From the NCBI GenBank assembly GCA_002480645.1, contig DLCN01000003.1, forward strand, positions 276,355 to 308,354: DNA of 32,000 nt, read 5' to 3'. This stretch comes from Balneolaceae bacterium UBA7797. GTDB taxonomy: Bacteria; Bacteroidota; Rhodothermia; Balneolales; Balneolaceae. This document shows, piece after piece, positions 1 to 9,181 of the stretch (within the stretch, counting starts at the first letter, position 1; each line of letters starts with the position of its first letter). The notes under the pieces were generated by a model. It had not been told where the DNA came from, ran no database searches, and saw nothing but the letters and a program-made list of their open reading frames with translations. Both the position numbers and the translations under genes were made by a program.

Positions 1-2408
1 AAGTCGGGCACGATACGTATCACCATACGTTGTTCGAAATGTTGGGTAACTGGTCTTTTGGTGATTATTTCAAAAAAGAAGCAATAAGTTGGGCATGGGA
101 ATTATTGGTTGATCGATGGGGGCTTGAGCCGGATCGGTTATATGCTACTGTTTTTGGCGGTGATGAGAACGATGGATTATCCGTTGATGAAGAAGCCATC
201 GAATTGTGGAAAAGTGAAACCTCTATTGCTGAGAACCACATCCTGAAATTCGGTAAAAAAGATAATTTCTGGGAAATGGGAGACACCGGCCCATGCGGAC
301 CTTGTTCTGAAGTACATATTGACCTGAGGCCGGATGCAGAACGTAAAAAACAGGATGGAGCCGAATTGGTTAATATGGATGATCCCAGAGTGATGGAGAT
401 CTGGAACCTGGTATTCATTCAGTTTAACCGACAGCCTGATGGAAAACTGGTTACTCTGCCTGCCCGGCATGTGGATACCGGAATGGGTTTTGAACGGGTA
501 TGTGCCGTTCTGCAGGGCAAGAGTTCTAACTACGATTCAGACGTTTTCACTCCTCTTTTGGATGAGATCTCCGGTTTAGCCGGGCTCACTTATGGAAATG
601 ATGAGGAGAAAGATATTGCAATGCGTGTGATCGCCGATCACATTCGTGCTGTCACTTTTTCAATAGCGGATGGAGCTTCTCCCGGCAATGATGGCCGAGG
701 ATATGTAATCCGTCGGATCCTTCGCCGGGCCATTCGTTATGGATGGGACAAACTTGGTTTTAAAGAACCTTTCTTCTACAAATTGGTTGCCGTATTAGCA
801 GAGCAGTTTAAGGAGGTATTTCCGGAAGTTGTTGCTCAGCAGGAATACATTACCAATGTGATCAAAGCTGAGGAAAAAAGCTTTCTGAAGACGCTCGGAC
901 AAGGAATTGAGATCTTCCATGAAATGGTGAAGGACAAAAAAATATCCGGTGCTGAGGCGTTTAAATTACATGATACATATGGCTTCCCGATCGATCTTAC
1001 CCAGTTGATGGCTCGTGAGATCGGTGTTGATGTAGATGTTGACGGGTTTGACCGGCACATGCAGGAACAAAAAGATCGTGCACGTGCAGCCGGTAAATTC
1101 AGTGTCGATCAAAGTAAGACCAATGAGTGGGTGCTGGTTAACGACGCTGATGATTTTGAGTTTGTAGGATATGATGATTTCGAGGCCAATGTTTTGATCA
1201 CTGCTTATCGAAAAGAAGGTGACAGGGTTGCCTTTAAATTAAATAAGACGCCGTTTTATGCTGAAAGTGGTGGTCAGGTCGCGGATACCGGATTGCTAAC
1301 AAACGGTGATGTATTCATACATGTTAAGGATGTACAAAAAGGAGCAGATGGTTTTATTCATTACACCGATTCGTTGCCTGAAGACCTTTCAGGAAACTGG
1401 AATGCTCAGATCGATCTGGAGCGTCGTTTAGAGATTCAAAAACATCACTCAGCAACTCATCTTGCACATGCGGCACTTCGAAATGTACTTGGTGATCATG
1501 TGACACAGAAAGGTTCGTTAGTTAACGAAAAGCATTTACGATTCGATTTTTCTCATTACGAAGCAATGACCCGGGAACAGCTGGATGCTGTTGAAAAGCA
1601 GGTGAATGATAAGATCCAGGAGAATATTCCGCTGATCGAGGAGAGGGATGTTCCCATTGAAGAGGCCCGTAAAAAAGGTGCTATGATGCTCTTTGGCGAG
1701 AAATATGGCGACTTTGTTCGTGTGATCACCTTTGATGAGGATTACTCGGTAGAGCTTTGTGGTGGTACCCATGTTGGTGCAACCGGAGAGATCGGTTATT
1801 TCCGGTTTCTCAGCGAAAGTTCAGCTGCAGCCGGTATAAGAAGGATTGAGGCCGTTACCGGTAAAACGGCGGATGAGTTACTCAGAAAAGAGAAATATCT
1901 GGTAAGTAATATTAAATCCACATTCGGTCAGACCGATGATCCGGTATCCAGTTTGCAAAAGCTGATGGACGAAAAGAAAGCTCTGGAAAAAGAACTGGAA
2001 AAGTTAAATATGCAGCAAACCGGTGCAGTCTTAGATCAATTGATCGCTGCAAGATCATCCTCTGATCTGGGCTTTGATATTGTGAAAGGAATAGTTCCCG
2101 GAGCTGATATGAATGCGTTAAAACAACTCGGTTACGATGCCATTGAAAAGACAAAGACCGGCACTATGATCGTATTGGGCGCCAAAGATATGGAAGCCGG
2201 AAAAGTATTTCTGATGGTAGCCTTGACCGAAGATCTTATCAAAGAAAAAGCACTGAAAGCCGGCGCATTGGTTGGGAAACTTGGCCGACTTGTAGGTGGC
2301 GGAGGTGGTGGCCAACCAAATCTGGCAACAGCAGGAGGAAAGAATCCTGAAAAATTAGAGGAAGCACTGGAAAAGGTGAATGAAATCGCCTCAGAATTCA
2401 TTAGTTAA
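1..2408 (+). CDS. alaS: Alanyl-tRNA synthetase, 5'-truncated by window edge (frame open from nt 3: VGHDTYHHTLFEMLGNWSFGDYFKKEAI...)
   Basis: Class II AlaRS motifs: FEMLGNWSFGDYFKKEAI, GPCGPCSE, HSATHLAHAALR, VELCGGTHVGATGEIG, C-terminal GGGGGGQPNLATAGG. The listed TTG start at 30 is internal; the frame is open to the window edge. Confidence 0.98.
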   Translation, partial: VGHDTYHHTLFEMLGNWSFGDYFKKEAISWAWELLVDRWGLEPDRLYATVFGGDENDGLSVDEEAIELWKSETSIAENHILKFGKKDNFWEMGDTGPCGPCSEVHIDLRPDAERKKQDGAELVNMDDPRVMEIWNLVFIQFNRQPDGKLVTLPARHVDTGMGFERVCAVLQGKSSNYDSDVFTPLLDEISGLAGLTYGNDEEKDIAMRVIADHIRAVTFSIADGASPGNDGRGYVIRRILRRAIRYGWDKLGFKEPFFYKLVAVLAEQFKEVFPEVVAQQEYITNVIKAEEKSFLKTLGQGIEIFHEMVKDKKISGAEAFKLHDTYGFPIDLTQLMAREIGVDVDVDGFDRHMQEQKDRARAAGKFSVDQSKTNEWVLVNDADDFEFVGYDDFEANVLITAYRKEGDRVAFKLNKTPFYAESGGQVADTGLLTNGDVFIHVKDVQKGADGFIHYTDSLPEDLSGNWNAQIDLERRLEIQKHHSATHLAHAALRNVLGDHVTQKGSLVNEKHLRFDFSHYEAMTREQLDAVEKQVNDKIQENIPLIEERDVPIEEARKKGAMMLFGEKYGDFVRVITFDEDYSVELCGGTHVGATGEIGYFRFLSESSAAAGIRRIEAVTGKTADELLRKEKYLVSNIKSTFGQTDDPVSSLQKLMDEKKALEKELEKLNMQQTGAVLDQLIAARSSSDLGFDIVKGIVPGADMNALKQLGYDAIEKTKTGTMIVLGAKDMEAGKVFLMVALTEDLIKEKALKAGALVGKLGRLVGGGGGGQPNLATAGGKNPEKLEEALEKVNEIASEFIS

Positions 2409-2447
2409 TCAGTGTAAACGATTCACAAAATCTTCTTAAAAAATCGG

Positions 2448-2455
2448 TATATTTG
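2448..2455 (+). promoter_or_regulatory. Possible Bacteroidota-type -7 element (TATATTTG, consensus TAnnTTTG) upstream of pdhA
   Basis: Exact TAnnTTTG match 41 nt before the pdhA ATG. No clear TTG -33 element at normal spacing. Confidence 0.4.
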
Positions 2456-2496
2456 AGCCCTTTTTTCACAGAGGATCAGATATCAACAAATTACTT

Positions 2497-3597
2497 ATGG
2501 CTGAAAACAAGAAAGACGATATAGTATTTGCCCCGAAAGGCATTGGAGATGAAAAAGACGGAGCAGTTCAGAAGGGAGTGGATCTCCCGGCTCCTACACG
2601 AAAAAAACATAAAAGTCTTGGGCTTACCGAAGATGATCTTAAAGCAATGTACGAGCAAATGTACTTGCAACGTCGTTTCGAAGAACGCTCTATGCAACAG
2701 TATCAAAAAGGAAAATTCGGTGGTTTTCTGCACCTTTACATTGGGCAGGAAGCGATCTCAACCGGTACTGTGTTCGCGTTTGATGACAAAGACGATATCA
2801 TTACCGGTTACCGTGATCATGGCTGGGGATTATGTCGTGGTCTGACGGCTAAAGAAGGAATGGCTGAGCTTTTTGGAAAAGCTACCGGGTGTTCAAAAGG
2901 TAAAGGCGGTTCTATGCACTTTGCCAATGCGAAAGAACATTTTTGGGGTGGTTACGGTATTGTAGGTGGCCATATTCCGATAGGTGCCGGATTTGCTTTC
3001 GCAAATAAATACAAAGGAACAGGTAATATCTCTGCTACTTTCTTTGGTGACGGAGCGGTAGATCAGGGTGCATTACACGAGTCAATGAATATCGCCCAAC
3101 TCTGGAAATTACCGGTACTCTTCGTTGTAGAGAACAACGGATATTCAATGGGTACTGCGGCTAAGCGTCATACCGTGGCAGAGATCGTAGATCGTGCAAA
3201 AGGCTATGGAATGAAGAGTGCAGTGATCAACGGTATGGATGTATTCTCTGTGTATGAAAAGATGAAAGAGATCGCCGACGATGTGCGCGAAAACTCGGAA
3301 CCTTACTTTATAGAGATCAGAACCTATCGCTACCGTGGGCACTCAATGTCTGATCCACAAAAGTACCGAACCAAGGAAGAATTAGAAGAATACCAGAAGA
3401 TCGATCCTATTCTTAAACTCCGCGATTATATCTTATCAAATGATATTATGACGGAAGAGGAGATCACCGAAGTTGAGGACAAAGTAGAGGAGGAAGTATT
3501 AGAAGCCGTAGAATTTGCAGATAATTCCCCATTCCCGGATGATGATGAACTCTACGACGATATGTTTGCTGACGACGAACCATACTTCCACGTTTAA
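2497..3597 (+). CDS. pdhA: Pyruvate dehydrogenase E1 component, alpha subunit
   Basis: TPP-binding GDGAVDQGALHESMNIAQLWKLPVLFVVENNGYSMGT; HLYIGQEAISTG; YRYRGHSMSDPQKYRTKEE. Confidence 0.95.
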   Translation: MAENKKDDIVFAPKGIGDEKDGAVQKGVDLPAPTRKKHKSLGLTEDDLKAMYEQMYLQRRFEERSMQQYQKGKFGGFLHLYIGQEAISTGTVFAFDDKDDIITGYRDHGWGLCRGLTAKEGMAELFGKATGCSKGKGGSMHFANAKEHFWGGYGIVGGHIPIGAGFAFANKYKGTGNISATFFGDGAVDQGALHESMNIAQLWKLPVLFVVENNGYSMGTAAKRHTVAEIVDRAKGYGMKSAVINGMDVFSVYEKMKEIADDVRENSEPYFIEIRTYRYRGHSMSDPQKYRTKEELEEYQKIDPILKLRDYILSNDIMTEEEITEVEDKVEEEVLEAVEFADNSPFPDDDELYDDMFADDEPYFHV

Positions 3598-3617
3598 TCC
3601 AAAGATTTTAAAAGAAA

Positions 3618-4598
3618 ATGGCTGAACTACAATTTAGAGAAGCAATAAAACAGGCAATTGATGAAGAAATGGGCCGTGATGAAAATGTTTTCATCATGGG
3701 TGAAGAAGTTGCCGAATATAACGGAGCCTATAAAGTAACCGAAGGGTTGCTGGACAAATATGGCTATAAAAGAGTGATTGATACGCCGATCTCTGAGCTT
3801 GGGTTTGCAGGAATAGGGGTTGGTGCTGCCATGCATGGATTACGACCTATCGTTGAATTCATGACCTTCAACTTCGCTGTATTAGCTGCTGATCAGATCA
3901 TTAACCACGCCACTAAAGTAAAGTACATGACGGGTGGTCAGGCTGATGCTCCGATCGTATTCAGAGGGCCCAATGCGTCCGCGGGTCAGCTGGGTGCTAC
4001 ACACTCGGTAGCTTATGACTCAATGTATGCAATGTTCCCCGGTCTCAAAGTGATCTACACTTCTGAACCGGATGATGCGAAAGGGTTAATGAAATCAGCG
4101 ATCCGTGATGACAATCCGGTATTGTTCATGGAATCAGAGCAAATGTATGGTCTGAAAGGTGAAGTTTCTGAAGAAGAAGATTATATCATCCCAATTGGTA
4201 AAGGAAAGATCAAACGGGAAGGTTCTGATGTAACGATCATCGCACATGGTAAGATGTATCACGTCGCAAAACAGGCCGCGGCTCAGTTAGCTAAAGATGG
4301 AATTGAAGCCGAGATCATTGATCCACGCACGGTAAAACCACTGGATCTGCCGTTGATCGTGGAATCCATCAAAAAAACGAATCGATGTGTAGTAGTTGAC
4401 GAAGCTCATCCATTTGCCGGATTTGCTGCAGAAATTGGATTCCTGATCCAGAGAGAAGCATTTGATTATTTAGATGCACCGGTTCAGCGGGTTACGTTAC
4501 CGGATGTGAACGCTCCGTTCTCAAAGAAGTTATTTGATCTTTGGTTACCTAGTCCAAAGAATGTAATTGAAGCAGTAAATCAGGTAACTTACCGATAG
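3618..4598 (+). CDS. pdhB: Pyruvate dehydrogenase E1 component, beta subunit
   Basis: MGEEVAEYNGAYKVTEGLLDKYG, RVIDTPISELGFAGIGVGAAMHGLRPIVEFMTFNFA, C-terminal transketolase domain; adjacent to E1-alpha and E2. Confidence 0.95.
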   Translation: MAELQFREAIKQAIDEEMGRDENVFIMGEEVAEYNGAYKVTEGLLDKYGYKRVIDTPISELGFAGIGVGAAMHGLRPIVEFMTFNFAVLAADQIINHATKVKYMTGGQADAPIVFRGPNASAGQLGATHSVAYDSMYAMFPGLKVIYTSEPDDAKGLMKSAIRDDNPVLFMESEQMYGLKGEVSEEEDYIIPIGKGKIKREGSDVTIIAHGKMYHVAKQAAAQLAKDGIEAEIIDPRTVKPLDLPLIVESIKKTNRCVVVDEAHPFAGFAAEIGFLIQREAFDYLDAPVQRVTLPDVNAPFSKKLFDLWLPSPKNVIEAVNQVTYR

Positions 4599-4628
4599 AA
4601 ATTTAACCATTTATATAATTCTACCATT

Positions 4629-5879
4629 ATGGCTATTAAAATAGAAATGCCCAAGTTGAGCGATACCATGGAAGAAGGGGTGATCGCAAAATGGAATGTT
4701 AAAGAAGGGGATAAAGTAGAAGCCGGAGATATTATCGCCGAGGTTGAAACCGACAAAGCTACCATGGATGTGGAAGTGTTTGATGCCGGTACAATTTTGA
4801 AGATTGTTCCCGGCGAAGGTGACTCTGTTCCTTTAGGCGGTTTAATAGCCGTTATTGGTGAAGAGGGAGAAGATATCAGTGATCTGACCTCAGGTGATGA
4901 TCCAGGAGATAGTTCTTCATCTGAAAAAGAGGCAGAGAGCAAATCTGAGCCTGAAGCAGAAGAGAAGAAAGAGACTACAGCTCCTGCTTCTACTTCAGAT
5001 GAAGATGGTAGAATTAAAGCATCGCCACTGGCTCGCAAGATCGCAGAAGATAAAGGAATTAATCTTTCTGATGTAAATGGCTCCGGACCTGAAGGTCGGA
5101 TCATTAAAAAAGATGTGGAAGATTTCAGTCCTTCTAAAGGAGGGTTAACCAAACCTGAGGCTACATCTGCTTCTAAACCGGCTCCTGTATTCGATAATCT
5201 GGAGAGTAAAGAAGTAAAAGTTTCTCAGATGAGAAAAGTGATCGCCCGTCGTCTCTCGGAGAGTAAATTCACCAATCCACATTTCTATGAAACGATCGAT
5301 ATAGACATGAAAGCAGCAATGGCAGCAAGAAGTGCACTAAATGCTGCGAATGATGTGAAGATCAGCTTTAATGACATTGTTGTAAAAGCCTCTGCGATCG
5401 CTTTGACCCGCCATCAGGCAATTAACAGCTCATGGCACGATGATGTGATCATGGAACATGGTGACGTTCATATTGCGGTTGCAGTTGCTATCGATGAAGG
5501 GCTTATGACTCCTGTGATCGATCATGCCGACAAAAAAGGCCTGGCTCAGATCAGTTCCGAAACCCGTGAATTAGCCGGATTAGCCCGTGATCGTAAACTT
5601 CAGCCTGAACAAATGGAAGGCAGTACCTTTACGATCAGTAATCTGGGAATGTTTGGGATCGAAGAATTTACAGCCATCATAAATCCACCAAATGCCTGTA
5701 TCATGGCAGTAGGAGCGATCCGTGACGTACCTGTGGTTGAAAATGGGGAAGTAGTTCCAGGAAAGAGAATGAAAGTCACTTTATCAAGCGACCACCGTAT
5801 TGTGGATGGAGCGAAAGCGGCACAATTTCTCAATACCTTCAAAGAGCTCATGGAAAATCCACTTTCTATGCTACTGTAG
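4629..5879 (+). CDS. pdhC: Dihydrolipoamide acetyltransferase (E2) of pyruvate dehydrogenase complex
   Basis: Lipoyl domain ETDKATMDVEV, peripheral subunit-binding domain KASPLARKIAEDKGI...GSGPEGRIIKKDV, catalytic SSDHRIVDGAKAAQFLN. Confidence 0.95.
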   Translation: MAIKIEMPKLSDTMEEGVIAKWNVKEGDKVEAGDIIAEVETDKATMDVEVFDAGTILKIVPGEGDSVPLGGLIAVIGEEGEDISDLTSGDDPGDSSSSEKEAESKSEPEAEEKKETTAPASTSDEDGRIKASPLARKIAEDKGINLSDVNGSGPEGRIIKKDVEDFSPSKGGLTKPEATSASKPAPVFDNLESKEVKVSQMRKVIARRLSESKFTNPHFYETIDIDMKAAMAARSALNAANDVKISFNDIVVKASAIALTRHQAINSSWHDDVIMEHGDVHIAVAVAIDEGLMTPVIDHADKKGLAQISSETRELAGLARDRKLQPEQMEGSTFTISNLGMFGIEEFTAIINPPNACIMAVGAIRDVPVVENGEVVPGKRMKVTLSSDHRIVDGAKAAQFLNTFKELMENPLSMLL

Positions 5880-5907
5880 TTGTTTTAGAATAACCGTCAA
5901 AATTTTT

Positions 5908-5936
5908 AAAGGCTCATCTTGGATGGGCCTTTTTTG
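5908..5936 (+). terminator. Rho-independent terminator, possibly bidirectional, between the convergent pdh and motor operons
   Basis: AAAGGCTCATC TTG GATGGGCCTTTTTT: 9-bp stem with one G-T pair, then a T-run. The reverse strand also has a T/A-rich tail. Confidence 0.8.
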
Positions 5937-6009
5937 TTTGCGTTCAGTTGCAGGATGAGATTCGAACTAGTAGTGAACAGCTAGTGGTAGTCACTGTTCG
6001 ATAATGATC

Positions 6010-7815
6010 TTATGGATATTCTAAAAGGTAGATGACCGGCTCAGAACCACGATCAGCTAAACGACGGGCTAAAGCGTTTGCATCTCTGAAGGAGTTAAAG
6101 ATCTCAGATACCTGTACATAATAAAGCCCATTTTCCATCCCGAATACTCGGGTATCGATATTTAGGGCTTCTTTTAATGATTGTACGGCAGCTTCTGCGA
6201 GCTGTCGGTTCTCAAATACATTAATTTGTATCTGATATCTGGCCCGGTAATTTCTGAAATCTTCCGTATTTGGCTTGAGTTCGAGATTTCTGGTTAATCC
6301 CTTTTCCCTGATATTGTTAAGAACAGATAATGCATGATCCTGGCGGGTGTATGGTCCATTCACCACAAGAAAACGGTTTTCAGATTTTACGATATAGGAT
6401 TCGATCCCATAATCTCCAAGAATGGTAAATGAATAATCAATGGCATTTTGCTCTGAAGAGAATGAACCAAATTGGATTAGGTAAGTTAGGGTCTCTATTC
6501 TGTTACTTCCTGCATCACATCGGTGAACAAGATTCAGGTTTAACTCAGGCATCTCACTCTTAACAGTTCTGTAATCTTCAATTGCTTTGGTAAAGTTTTG
6601 ATCACCGGAAGAACGAATGGTATACAGGTCGTTATTAAAACCAATATTAAGTGCTACCCCGGTTCTTTCCGTTACTGAGTTTGAGACATCAAAAGCACTG
6701 TTTAAAGATCTGAAGCTGCCAACCTGAATTGCATAACTACAATTATCCCTGGAACCAAGTGAGAAAACAGCATTTGATGATACCGGTTCCGGATCAGGGG
6801 TTTCAGGCTGTTCAGTTACCTTTTCCGGTTGATCTGCAGCTAATGGTTCGTCAGCTTCAGCAATTTCTTCGTCCTCATCAGGAGTCTGTATGACCTCTTC
6901 TTCTGTATCAACCGTTGTAGCATTATTATTGCTAGCTGATGGGGGCTGAACGGGCTCCGGTAATGGTTTGATTGCCGGAATCGCATCAGATATAAACGTT
7001 AGAGAATCGCTAACAGTCAGGAATTGATTGGTCAGTGAATCTATGTTTGCATTTTGTAGAGAATCAGACTCTAACGAATCTGCCTCAGCAAGTAATTCCT
7101 CTTCCGGCTCAGGTTTTTCTTCCATAGAATAATACAAACGAAGCACTACTCTTCTGTTCATCTCCCTCGGAGCCTCAACCCGTTCGCCATTCTCATCGGT
7201 GATATATCTTGGTCGTGAATCCGCGTAACCTGAAGCCTTCAGGCGAGATTTATCAATGCCTTCTGAAATGAAATACTTGACCACATCTGCTGCCCGTGCT
7301 GTAGATAATTCCCAGTTAGATGGATAAATACGAGATGAGATCGGCACATCATCCGTATGGCCTTCAACATCAATATTATAATCGTCGTACTCATTTTTCC
7401 GGATGGCGACAACGATCTTATTCAAAATATCTTTAGCTGATGAAAGAAGGTTTGCACTTCCCGAATTAAAGAAAGAGTCACTGCTGAATCTGATCTTAAT
7501 ATCATTAAGATCACGGTTGATCTCGATCTTACCTGCCTCGATCTCGTCTACAAGGTAGATCTCCAGTTGACGCTGAACTTCTTCGATCGGGGTGGTTATA
7601 TACTCGGTTTCTATCACCGAGGAGTCGTATAAATTTGAGACGGAAAGGGGATCTTGTTTTGTGATCTGAGAGACGGAAAGTAATACGATCAAAAAACCAA
7701 GGATCACCGTAATGATATCGAGATAACTGATCTGCCAGCTATCCTCATCTTCTCCCTCAAAATGACTGTTGGGGAAGAGTGAATTTCTATTTCTATTGGA
7801 TGGTCCCGGACTCAA
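6010..7815 (-). CDS. MotB-like stator protein: N-terminal TM with conserved Asp, OmpA/MotB peptidoglycan-binding domain, acidic Pro/Glu-rich linker, three SPOR-like repeats
   Basis: WQISYLDIITVILGFLIVLLSVSQI (MotB plug/TM with Asp33, codon at 7717-7719); VEGHTDDVPISSRIYPSNWELSTARAADVVKYFISEGIDKSRLKASGYADSRP...NRRVVLRL (MotB OmpA domain); SPOR-like units CSYAIQVGSF..., LTYLIQFGSFSS..., ARYQIQINVF.... Confidence 0.93.
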   Translation of the reverse strand: MSPGPSNRNRNSLFPNSHFEGEDEDSWQISYLDIITVILGFLIVLLSVSQITKQDPLSVSNLYDSSVIETEYITTPIEEVQRQLEIYLVDEIEAGKIEINRDLNDIKIRFSSDSFFNSGSANLLSSAKDILNKIVVAIRKNEYDDYNIDVEGHTDDVPISSRIYPSNWELSTARAADVVKYFISEGIDKSRLKASGYADSRPRYITDENGERVEAPREMNRRVVLRLYYSMEEKPEPEEELLAEADSLESDSLQNANIDSLTNQFLTVSDSLTFISDAIPAIKPLPEPVQPPSASNNNATTVDTEEEVIQTPDEDEEIAEADEPLAADQPEKVTEQPETPDPEPVSSNAVFSLGSRDNCSYAIQVGSFRSLNSAFDVSNSVTERTGVALNIGFNNDLYTIRSSGDQNFTKAIEDYRTVKSEMPELNLNLVHRCDAGSNRIETLTYLIQFGSFSSEQNAIDYSFTILGDYGIESYIVKSENRFLVVNGPYTRQDHALSVLNNIREKGLTRNLELKPNTEDFRNYRARYQIQINVFENRQLAEAAVQSLKEALNIDTRVFGMENGLYYVQVSEIFNSFRDANALARRLADRGSEPVIYLLEYP

Positions 7816-7833
7816 AGTGTACGACTTTATACT

Positions 7834-8631
7834 TTATAGTTGTGTCTTATTCCGGCGCATATGGGCCTGCAGTTTATCGTAGATCTGTAATGAGGTTTTT
7901 TGATTTTCGATAAGTAAAACGCCTTCCAGTATCATTTTTTCACGAAAATATTGAAGTGAAGCAATATTATTCATTTTTCGGGCCATAGGAATGAATATGA
8001 AGTTACCAATGATGATCCCATATAAAGTGGTCATAAGCGCAGCTGCCAGTCCTGTAAGCAGAGACTCTACTTCGTTGAACCCTGAAAGCATCACAATAAG
8101 GCCAAAAAGTGTACCCAGCATTCCAAATACAGGGGCAGATTTACCCATGCTCATTATGATCTGATTGATCTGCAATTGTTTAGAGAAATTCTCCTCAATA
8201 TTTATCTCTCCCAATTCCCGGAGTTCCTCTGAACTATAGTTGGTATCCATCACAGAAAACAAATAGCCTTCGAAGGTTTCCATATAATCTTCACTTAATT
8301 GAGCAACCGCTTGTACCCGGTCTTCTTTGATCATTTTCTGCCATTCTAAGATACGTTGAATATCATCCTCTAAAAGGTCATCAGAGATGGTGCTGTGAGA
8401 GAATAAACGCAGGCTTTCCCGATAGGCTCTCAGTACATTTCTAAATGGGTAACTGATAAAGATACTGGCAGAGACACCACCGATCACAATAGCCAAACTT
8501 GGTAGATTCAGATATTCCAGTGTGGTTGGTATCAGCTCATATTGGGTAAAACCCATTACTAATAATGATCCCCACAGTAAAACCATCATGGAGATCAAAA
8601 AGCTGAGTATGTTTAAGATAGAAGTACGCAT
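7834..8631 (-). CDS. MotA-family stator protein (flagellar-type rather than ExbB/TolQ-type)
   Basis: LPSLAIVIGGVSASIFISYPFRNV; MSMGKSAPVFGMLGTLFGLIVMLSGFNEVESLLTGLAAALMTTLYGIIIGNFIFIPMARKM; REKMILEGVLLIENQ. Four hydrophobic segments; directly upstream of the MotB-like gene. Confidence 0.93.
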   Translation of the reverse strand: MRTSILNILSFLISMMVLLWGSLLVMGFTQYELIPTTLEYLNLPSLAIVIGGVSASIFISYPFRNVLRAYRESLRLFSHSTISDDLLEDDIQRILEWQKMIKEDRVQAVAQLSEDYMETFEGYLFSVMDTNYSSEELRELGEINIEENFSKQLQINQIIMSMGKSAPVFGMLGTLFGLIVMLSGFNEVESLLTGLAAALMTTLYGIIIGNFIFIPMARKMNNIASLQYFREKMILEGVLLIENQKTSLQIYDKLQAHMRRNKTQL

Positions 8632-8643
8632 AAGTGGTAATTC

Positions 8644-9147
8644 TTAAAAATTTTTCCTGAATTTGTCATCAAGCAAACCTTGATTCTGTAGCTCTCTGAG
8701 CACATAGTTTGAGTAGGAGAGCGGTAGATTTTCGTCCAGCTCTAAGGCTTTTCTCCAATCCCGTACAAAATTATCAACCGAACCTAATCCCAGAAAGATA
8801 CTACCTCTAAGAGCAAGAATATCTGCATTTTCTTTAAAACCGTACGCCTTGTTTATATAGTAAAGGGCCTGTTCATAATCTCCGTTATAATATCTCTGTT
8901 GAGCCAGGATATAGAATGTTGTAAGTCCGTTAGCCCTGGCCTGATATTCATTGTACAGATCGATCTTATATTGTTTTTTGATCTCGTTTCTTAATGAATC
9001 AGCTACCGAAGACCGATCACTGTCTTCGTTATCCTGTGTATCCTCAGGATCAGTAAAACTCTCAGCAGAGACATCATCCATCGCTTTTTCACTACTTTTA
9101 CACGAAAAAAGCAGGGCGTAGGCAGGAATCATCATGATCACACCCAA
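8644..9147 (-). CDS. TPR-repeat lipoprotein (annotated TTG start; real start may lie upstream near 9180)
   Basis: Lipobox ALLFSC-KSS after a hydrophobic stretch; TPR-like DYEQALYYINKAYGFKENADILALRGSIFLGLG...DWRKALELDENLPLSY. Confidence 0.8.
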   Translation of the reverse strand: MGVIMMIPAYALLFSCKSSEKAMDDVSAESFTDPEDTQDNEDSDRSSVADSLRNEIKKQYKIDLYNEYQARANGLTTFYILAQQRYYNGDYEQALYYINKAYGFKENADILALRGSIFLGLGSVDNFVRDWRKALELDENLPLSYSNYVLRELQNQGLLDDKFRKNF

Positions 9148-9181
9148 ATAGAATAGTGATATTTGACTCCTGTTTTTGATA

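Noticed and set aside
4589-5152. 187-aa ORF on - strand antisense to pdhC
   Set aside because: Ser-rich shadow of the lipoyl/linker coding region. The + strand encodes a clear E2 with conserved motifs.
5941-6009. Possible imperfect hairpin (CGAAC..AGTG / CACTGTTCG) after the MotB-like gene
   Set aside because: Stem is interrupted and has no T-run; the 5908-5936 hairpin is a better terminator candidate for both strands.
6010-8631. Zorya (ZorAB) anti-phage system
   Set aside because: MotAB-like proteins are present, but no ZorC/ZorD/ZorE-like helicase or nuclease is adjacent. MotB carries SPOR repeats and the neighbour is FliF-FliG-like, so defence is not supported.
6010-8631. ExbB-ExbD / TolQ-TolR energiser
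   Set aside because: The channel protein has MotA-type motifs and the partner has a MotB-type OmpA domain with NWELSTARA. No TonB or TolA neighbour.
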